From the IMG/VR virus record IMGVR_UViG_3300017716_001697, positions 256,001-320,000 of that record: a stretch of DNA of 64,000 bases; one strand, 5' to 3'. This document shows, piece by piece, positions 57,747 through 64,000 of the stretch. The notes below the pieces were generated by a model that worked only from the letters and a program-made list of their open reading frames with translations, had not been told where the DNA came from and ran no database searches. Within the stretch, counting starts at the first letter, position 1. Every line of letters begins with the position of its first letter. Source of the stretch: a virus. Lineage: Duplodnaviria; Caudoviricetes. The position numbers and the translations under genes are program-made.

Positions 57747-60700
57747 TTAAACACGCATGTTCTGATCTGTTAAATTAGATACAATAGCTACGTTATTTAC
57801 GGTGGCTGTAGACATAAACAACTGATTAGGGCTGGCCACAATTTCAAATAAATTACCAAATTGTGAAGTTGCATTACTAGGTACAATAACAACCGAGCTA
57901 ATAAGCGTGGAAAGTTGTTGGTGAATGAATGCTGCTAATTCTGTGTAGAAGAATTTTTCACCAAAATCCCAGTTTCTTATATCAAAATATATGTCAACTG
58001 CCTGAACAACTCTTGTCTTTATTTCATTGTCGCTAACACTGCTCGATGGTGCCTTAACTACTTTAAAGATTGCCTGCAATTCAGGTTCGGCCTGCTGCCC
58101 AAATAATACCTTAAATTCACCCGAATTCCAAATCATCGAATCACTAACCATTTTATACTGGTCTAAATCCTGGAATTGTATTCTTAGATCTTCGGTGGTT
58201 GGTTTAACTGGCATAGTGTATTTCGTGCCATTATTATTCTTCCAATTGATAATGTCTGTATAATACCCATTTGTTATTGCAATCATATCGATGATATTAG
58301 ATGGTGACGGATCTATACGCTGGTCAATCGCTGCGTAATGGCTCCACTTAAAGTAGAATGGTAACTGCTCTATTGCCGGTATAGAGGTGTTCTGCGTGAA
58401 TACCTTACCGTTCTTGTCATACCTATATTTGTCGGGTGTAGATACTACAATCTTACCAGTCGGGAAACCAGTGACCGGTGTAGTGTTTGCTGTATTTTCA
58501 TAAACAAATGTGTAATATACACCAAAGCCGGGTTCTGTCGACGATATTAGATAAGATTTGCTATTGAAGAATGTAGTCACTATAGCCGATCTGTCTAATA
58601 CTGCTGCCGTTCCAACAAGCCACGGATATGTCGTTGTATCGTAGTTGAAGAATGCAGTAAGTTGATTTGCTATCGTGACAGGTGCAACAGTTGTAGATTG
58701 AAATTCTAACTGTGCAAGACTATCGACAAACATTAAATCTGTTTCATCCATATACACATATTTTAGTGTAGGCGCATAGGTAGTTCTAATAAAATCTGGA
58801 GACAATATAAAGTCCATGAACCCTTCTGCATAATGCGGCAACGGGGCAGATGTAGTATAAAGAGTCCACAGATTCATATTAGCAATATACGGTGCACTGT
58901 ATAGTGTTTCGACATCGGTAGAATCTACAGGGAAGTATACATACATATCACCGGTGTAGCCTTCTAGGCCTAAACCCCATTTTGCGATCCACGGTCTAGT
59001 GCTTTGATACCCGGAAACTTCATTGTCGTAATATTCGAACACAATACGGTCTGTAGGCGAAACAATCCTATCGAACCCGTTTGGGTCGTCAGGTATGCCG
59101 TCGTTGTTCACGTCAACTAACGAAACTTTAATTTTGGCAGGATCTTGATAGCCGTCATCTTGAATAAACACGCCGGTAACGTTAAAATTCACAGGTGTGT
59201 CGATGAATGGTTTAATAGGCGGTGGTGGTATTACCGGCTCATTGTTATCTACTAAATTATTTGTGTTAACAAATGGCATGATTTCAATTGTATCCTGCAA
59301 CGCCTGACCAGTTGCGCTGTCTACTACTATTTGGTTAGGTTCCCAATAGAATCTTACATCTCTATAAGATTCGAATATGTAGATGCGGCCACGTGCAGTC
59401 AAATCATATGTAGTGGTAGCTAATTCGTTATTGCTTGCGATATTTACATACAATAATCCACTGTTAGGATATTCTGCCCAATTAGAATAAATCTCCGGAA
59501 TACTGCCGTCCATCATGACAGGGGCATACTTTAATGCTTGCGCTGATTGATCAGATATACCGGGTGTCGTCTCAGTCGAGGTATGCCACTCATCTTGCAA
59601 CACATCATAGAATAACCAGAACGAAATACCATCAGCAAGCCTGCCTAACACTTCGGAAATTTCTACTGTAGTCAGTTCACTTCTGAATGTTGGATATACT
59701 TTTGTCGCATGTGCATTGTTGTTTATTTCTAGACCTAATTCGACTGGACCCACATTAGCATAAGGATTAGACGAGTTAACAATCAACGGAAGGCCATTCT
59801 GAATAACTGTGTTGACAGATACTGATTTTATATCTGCAGATGTTTCGAATTCTAATACCGCGCCATTATTGATGAATCCCCACGGCTGATATATCCCGTT
59901 AGGCTCGTTTTGTGTATCAAACGAGTTTACTAAGATGGCAGCAGCGGCATTAGAAACAGTGCTGTTAGCAAAATAGCCAGTATCATTTTTAAATTTAGCT
60001 GGGCTTGTCTTCCAGTATAATTGCGACTGTGCAGGATTATTTAAGTCTAATATAGAATATCCTGTAGGTTTGCTAGGTGTACTATTCACTCTGACAACAT
60101 TCTCAAATTGCGATATGTATTCGTCATAGTAGAATGCAGATACACGTGGATCACGTAACATTTCTTTTATAGAATTCATTAAGATAGTATTGATATTACC
60201 TTCGTTAGATGAATCACGAACCACTTCTTCTAGTACGTTTTGATTATCCCTGTATAGGGCGCCATCTTGACCAAATATAATTAGGTCTCTGTGGAATCCA
60301 GTCGGGTCGTTAATATCTATATATCTACTCTGGCCGCTATATGTTCTGTCAATTGCTTGTATCTTTGCAATCTGATTTCCGTATATAAGTGGTAAGACAT
60401 TATAATCACTGCCATTGACCATACGCGACTGTGTAGAGAACACTTCGGGCGCACGTAATCTAATTTGCTCGTTTGTTTCGGATGGTGCAGCATTGCTTAT
60501 AGTCTGCTCTAGATTGAAAACTATGCCTAACGTATATTGTTGCTGATCTGCACCGATGTATGGAATTGTAATCTGCATACCTTGGGCGCTGTCTGGTCTA
60601 ATAACAAGAGCTTGGTTTGCACTTATACGCACCCATGTTCTAAATAATCCCGTAGGTACATTACCGAAATTGCCGTCTGCAAATCGGATAGATATAGAAT

Positions 60701-61712
60701 CGTTTGCACCAGAGATAACATCAAATATATTTCGTTTCGAGTTTTGTATGCTGTTGTATATAATATTCTCGCCAGCCAATGCCGGTACCTTGAGCCAATT
60801 ATTAATAACCGAACCATTTTGATCAGTTTCTTGCACATAAACATCGTACTGGTTAATATTCTGCAAATCAATAGGGTATACACGATTAGGAACAGGAAAC
60901 TCAAAATTCGTATCTAAGTTTATTAAATTGCCTTGTTTAAAGTACAAGAAGAAACCTGTGTTTGCCGAGCCAACGCCTAAGCTATCGTTTCGATATATAA
61001 AGTTAAATGCATTTTCGGGATTAGGATTTCTTTCAAAGATTGTTTGGCCGGAAATGAAGTCTGGGTTGCATACATCAATTGGGTATTTTTGTCCATTTAT
61101 AGATATAGCCAGCGGGTATGTAACTGCTTGACGCAATACGTTGCTTAATTGGTATAAATCCGTAGGAATACTGCCTATGTTGCCGCTCTTTGTGGGGCGG
61201 CCAAAAGGGTTAAGTGTGTTGAACGCTGCATTACATATCTGCACAAATTGATCGAACCAATCTGGATTGTTTGGATCATTCCAGAATATAGTCGAATCCG
61301 ATATGTCAACACCGTTGGCATCGACTAACGGTTGGTTAGTCTGTATAGCTGATATTTTGAATAGTCCACTTGCAGGGATATTTCTACGAGGTACATAGTT
61401 AACCATCTGCGCAAGGCGGATAATACTTTCCCTACGTTCAGCAGTATCAATAAAATTTTCTCTACTATTTAGGTCTGTCCTAAATGCAAGACTTGTGCCC
61501 AGATAGGCAATTAATTCTACAATTGCAATAAATTCCGAACTTTCAATGTAATCATTGAAATCTTCCGGGTAATACGACTGTATGTAATTTATTAATGCCT
61601 GCTTTAAGGTAGGAAAATCATATGCGGTATAATCTATAAACGAATATGCTTTAAATACTTTCTTATAATCTTCCGCGGCGAAAAGATTTGACTGACGGAT
61701 CGATTCTGACAT
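57747..61712 (-). CDS. baseplate wedge protein (T4 gp6-like, extended)
   Basis: YDF..LK..LI.Y....P..FND, SRENF.DTA.RRES; RAP..F.TQ.R.V...DY; follows gp25-like gene. Confidence 0.75.
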   Translation of the reverse strand: MSESIRQSNLFAAEDYKKVFKAYSFIDYTAYDFPTLKQALINYIQSYYPEDFNDYIESSEFIAIVELIAYLGTSLAFRTDLNSRENFIDTAERRESIIRLAQMVNYVPRRNIPASGLFKISAIQTNQPLVDANGVDISDSTIFWNDPNNPDWFDQFVQICNAAFNTLNPFGRPTKSGNIGSIPTDLYQLSNVLRQAVTYPLAISINGQKYPIDVCNPDFISGQTIFERNPNPENAFNFIYRNDSLGVGSANTGFFLYFKQGNLINLDTNFEFPVPNRVYPIDLQNINQYDVYVQETDQNGSVINNWLKVPALAGENIIYNSIQNSKRNIFDVISGANDSISIRFADGNFGNVPTGLFRTWVRISANQALVIRPDSAQGMQITIPYIGADQQQYTLGIVFNLEQTISNAAPSETNEQIRLRAPEVFSTQSRMVNGSDYNVLPLIYGNQIAKIQAIDRTYSGQSRYIDINDPTGFHRDLIIFGQDGALYRDNQNVLEEVVRDSSNEGNINTILMNSIKEMLRDPRVSAFYYDEYISQFENVVRVNSTPSKPTGYSILDLNNPAQSQLYWKTSPAKFKNDTGYFANSTVSNAAAAILVNSFDTQNEPNGIYQPWGFINNGAVLEFETSADIKSVSVNTVIQNGLPLIVNSSNPYANVGPVELGLEINNNAHATKVYPTFRSELTTVEISEVLGRLADGISFWLFYDVLQDEWHTSTETTPGISDQSAQALKYAPVMMDGSIPEIYSNWAEYPNSGLLYVNIASNNELATTTYDLTARGRIYIFESYRDVRFYWEPNQIVVDSATGQALQDTIEIMPFVNTNNLVDNNEPVIPPPPIKPFIDTPVNFNVTGVFIQDDGYQDPAKIKVSLVDVNNDGIPDDPNGFDRIVSPTDRIVFEYYDNEVSGYQSTRPWIAKWGLGLEGYTGDMYVYFPVDSTDVETLYSAPYIANMNLWTLYTTSAPLPHYAEGFMDFILSPDFIRTTYAPTLKYVYMDETDLMFVDSLAQLEFQSTTVAPVTIANQLTAFFNYDTTTYPWLVGTAAVLDRSAIVTTFFNSKSYLISSTEPGFGVYYTFVYENTANTTPVTGFPTGKIVVSTPDKYRYDKNGKVFTQNTSIPAIEQLPFYFKWSHYAAIDQRIDPSPSNIIDMIAITNGYYTDIINWKNNNGTKYTMPVKPTTEDLRIQFQDLDQYKMVSDSMIWNSGEFKVLFGQQAEPELQAIFKVVKAPSSSVSDNEIKTRVVQAVDIYFDIRNWDFGEKFFYTELAAFIHQQLSTLISSVVIVPSNATSQFGNLFEIVASPNQLFMSTATVNNVAIVSNLTDQNMRV

Positions 61713-62131
61713 TAAGTGGTTTCCTTGTCTTTAAGACTAAACGTTACAAACATATTATCGGTTATAGATTCTGGCTGAAATAAGAGCACCATTACGACAT
61801 TTAATGCCTGCTCTTCTTGATACACATCTATGCTAACTAATTCGACTCGTGGATCAGATTTAATAACGTTTACTGCATCTTCTATGATAATGTTCTTTGT
61901 ATACTCGTCAAACGGATCAAATAGATAATCATAAATGCTTGTACCAAAATTAGGTAGCATTACACGTGACCCTTTAGGCGTAGCAAAATGATTGTTTATA
62001 TCACGTTTTACTAGTTCTATGTTTGTTAATGAATATGGTGGAGCAGGTTGTCCCACCGTATTGAATCCCACGAAATAAGGTTTACGTGTTATTCTATTTT
62101 GCTGTACTAAACCGGTTTGATTGCTTGCCAT
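61712..62131 (-). CDS. gp25: baseplate wedge subunit, gp25-like
   Basis: T.KGSRVMLP.FG..I..YLF.P; I..DPRV pattern. Confidence 0.8.
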   Translation of the reverse strand: MASNQTGLVQQNRITRKPYFVGFNTVGQPAPPYSLTNIELVKRDINNHFATPKGSRVMLPNFGTSIYDYLFDPFDEYTKNIIIEDAVNVIKSDPRVELVSIDVYQEEQALNVVMVLLFQPESITDNMFVTFSLKDKETT

Positions 62132-62185
62132 ATATTCTCTTTTCTGTTATTTATCAAGAAAATTAAATACTAGTTTTAATAAGCT

Positions 62186-63259
62186 CTATCCGTATCGATG
62201 TAGGCCGGAACTATAGTTGTTTCTATACATAGTCATTACCTTAGTTGTAGCACTAGCTGGTCTGTTACCTGCCCTGTTGAAGCTTAAATGATACCATGCA
62301 AGTCCTGTTGTTGAACTGTGCTCGAATATAAATTGATCATACGGGATATTGTCCTTTACCCACAGTGCATTATTCCAGTACATTTCATAGGTCCATCCGG
62401 AAAACTGTATGTCTATTGCCTGTCCAGCTACATGCTGGCTTATACCTGATTTGGTTGTTGACTCGTTTCGTATACCCGAATTTACCCGCATAGTACCAAA
62501 TTTTGCATACATAGGTTCAGCTATGTTTAGTGCCACTGCCTGTAGATTACAGAAACGTGTCTGCATGCTGAATCCTGCAACATCGCCTGATGTGAGAGGA
62601 TGTGGCCAATATGCACCTGTGGAAAAATCTTCTAACTTAAAATGTGGACTTATCGAAACACCGTAATTGGTGCCGTCCCATATCATACACGTTGTCGGCC
62701 ACCCATTTCCACCCGGTGGCGGTGTTAGCTCTGTTACCTCGGCGGCCGGTACAGTAGGTGGTGGCAATGATGTTTGAACTGGTGGCTTTGTGTTAGGTGT
62801 GTTAGGTGGCTGGGAGCCTTTTGTGCCGGTTGTGTTGTTTCCGTTGGCAATGTTTTCTTCATATTCGTCGTATGTAGGGTCGCCACCACCACCGCTTACC
62901 CCGTTCATTAAATTCATTGCAGCACCGAAGGGGCTTCCTGCAGGTGTGCAACCACCACCACCTCCACCGCCGCCGCCACCAGATCTAAATCCGGGCATTG
63001 TGCTGTTAGATTTAGGTAAGCTATCCCCGGGGTTTGTGATACTGACTACACCGGGTGGCAAATTGCTTGCTGCATAAGACGGTGCGATTCCCCCACCCGG
63101 TAATATGCCTGTAGCGCCGATTGGCACGCTGCTCATTGATGTCAGGACTACCGGGCTGACTGGTATACTGTTTAGGTTAGGTCGAGCATTATCAGCAGGG
63201 TTAGTACTGATGAAACTGAAGTTTGCGCCCGTAAGTGGTGTACCTATTTGTGTTGCCAT
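62186..63259 (-). CDS. peptidase M15-like (LAS) metallopeptidase with Pro/Gly-rich N-terminus
   Basis: SPHF.L.DF, NSG.R, SQH..GQAID, WYHLS. Confidence 0.7.
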   Translation of the reverse strand: MATQIGTPLTGANFSFISTNPADNARPNLNSIPVSPVVLTSMSSVPIGATGILPGGGIAPSYAASNLPPGVVSITNPGDSLPKSNSTMPGFRSGGGGGGGGGGCTPAGSPFGAAMNLMNGVSGGGGDPTYDEYEENIANGNNTTGTKGSQPPNTPNTKPPVQTSLPPPTVPAAEVTELTPPPGGNGWPTTCMIWDGTNYGVSISPHFKLEDFSTGAYWPHPLTSGDVAGFSMQTRFCNLQAVALNIAEPMYAKFGTMRVNSGIRNESTTKSGISQHVAGQAIDIQFSGWTYEMYWNNALWVKDNIPYDQFIFEHSSTTGLAWYHLSFNRAGNRPASATTKVMTMYRNNYSSGLHRYG

Positions 63260-63999
63260 TATGCCTCCGGTGGGAATTTATCATTGCATCCGTTAGGATC
63301 AATGTTTTGAACAATCATAGCGATAATATTTGGCCCACGGCGCCCAACTTGTGTATACCATATCGAGTCTTGCAAATCTCTACCAGCTTGGTCAAAATTC
63401 TTTATCTTCATAGCAGATATAAATCTCACAAATGTCTGTAATTTACTCTTACCTAGATTGAACACTAAATCTACTAGCGCACGCTTTCTTATATCGGACA
63501 GATCACTCCATATGCTACCGAAGATGTCCTTGGCCCCAGACACTGCCTCAGCCACATCAGCACTATACCATGCATCGATCTGCGATTCCGCAATGGCGGT
63601 GCCGACAGGGAAACTGCTACGCTCAGTCGGTTTAATAAGATGGCCGATGCCACCTGTCGGGTTTCCTAAGGAATCAAGGTATACTCTTGATTTCTTTCCT
63701 TCGTGTATAGTTAGCTGACATTTCAATGCTGCCATATTTAAATCTTTTGGCGAATTGTCCGTAACAATCGGGTCGTCGGGAGTCGAGACAGTGGTGCTTC
63801 CAGTGCCGCCACACGGTGTTAACGGTGCGTTAGGGTGCATCTTATTATAGTCGCTTATCATGTAGTTGGTTATTGCGGTCTGCCCACTTGTACAACCGTA
63901 GCCGAAATTTGCTATACGTGCCCAGTAATCACCCGAGCCCGATGTGTTCGACTGTGGGAATGCTGCAAGGGTATTTGGCTTAACCGGTTGCGGTATAGG
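63259..63999 (-). CDS. T4-lysozyme-like (GH24) domain protein, 5'-truncated at window edge
   Basis: HEG..YLDSLG.PT.GIGHL, LVFNLG, WYTQVG.R; reading frame stays open for 46 codons upstream of ATG 63861 to the window end. Confidence 0.75.
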   Translation of the reverse strand, partial: PIPQPVKPNTLAAFPQSNTSGSGDYWARIANFGYGCTSGQTAITNYMISDYNKMHPNAPLTPCGGTGSTTVSTPDDPIVTDNSPKDLNMAALKCQLTIHEGKKSRVYLDSLGNPTGGIGHLIKPTERSSFPVGTAIAESQIDAWYSADVAEAVSGAKDIFGSIWSDLSDIRKRALVDLVFNLGKSKLQTFVRFISAMKIKNFDQAGRDLQDSIWYTQVGRRGPNIIAMIVQNIDPNGCNDKFPPEA

Positions 64000-64000
64000 G

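Larger units (their letters stand above)
26067..62155 (-). promoter_or_regulatory. recurrent late-type promoter GATAAATA
   Basis: tatttatc on + at 26067, 43646, 45178, 46118, 57713, 62148, each ~20-50 nt before a minus-strand ATG. Confidence 0.7.

Noticed and set aside
62880-62985. Poly-Gly (ccacca/ccgccg) low-complexity run
   Set aside because: Ordinary flexible linker within the M15 peptidase gene.
46068-63718. Numerous plus-strand ORFs antisense to the structural genes
   Set aside because: Shadow ORFs of long minus-strand genes, with no SD sites or family motifs.

Overview
This window looks like a 64-kb segment of a large tailed-phage (jumbo myovirus-like) genome. No host housekeeping genes, integrase, reverse transcriptase or cas genes are visible. 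It has three zones. (1) ~1-24.2 kb, GC-richer by eye: an early-type region of about 40 mostly single-gene cassettes. Each starts with a near-consensus sigma70 promoter fused to a conserved leader (TATAAT-aaacacatagcaacaaagga). The cassettes hold small hypothetical genes, an AAA+ ATPase, an S53 protease lipoprotein, a SprT-like protease and a mini type IV pilin. At least six ORF-free, strongly base-paired segments lie between them, including a tRNA-shaped RNA with a 93-nt structured insert where the 7-nt anticodon loop should be. (2) ~24.3-36.3 kb, AT-richer: a translationally coupled tandem array of about 25 small paralogues sharing the C-terminal motif F-x-x-E-E-D-A-x-x-F-x-L-x-[FY], then a DEDD exonuclease and a GH12-like lipoprotein. 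(3) ~36.3-64 kb, minus strand: a late-type operon with GATAAATA promoters. It contains baseplate and virion genes (lysozyme-domain protein, M15 peptidase, gp25-like, gp6-like, a 3839-aa repeat protein) followed by a glycosyltransferase / methyltransferase / nucleotide-sugar dehydrogenase cluster. Family assignments come from recognised motifs only; no database search or folding program was run.
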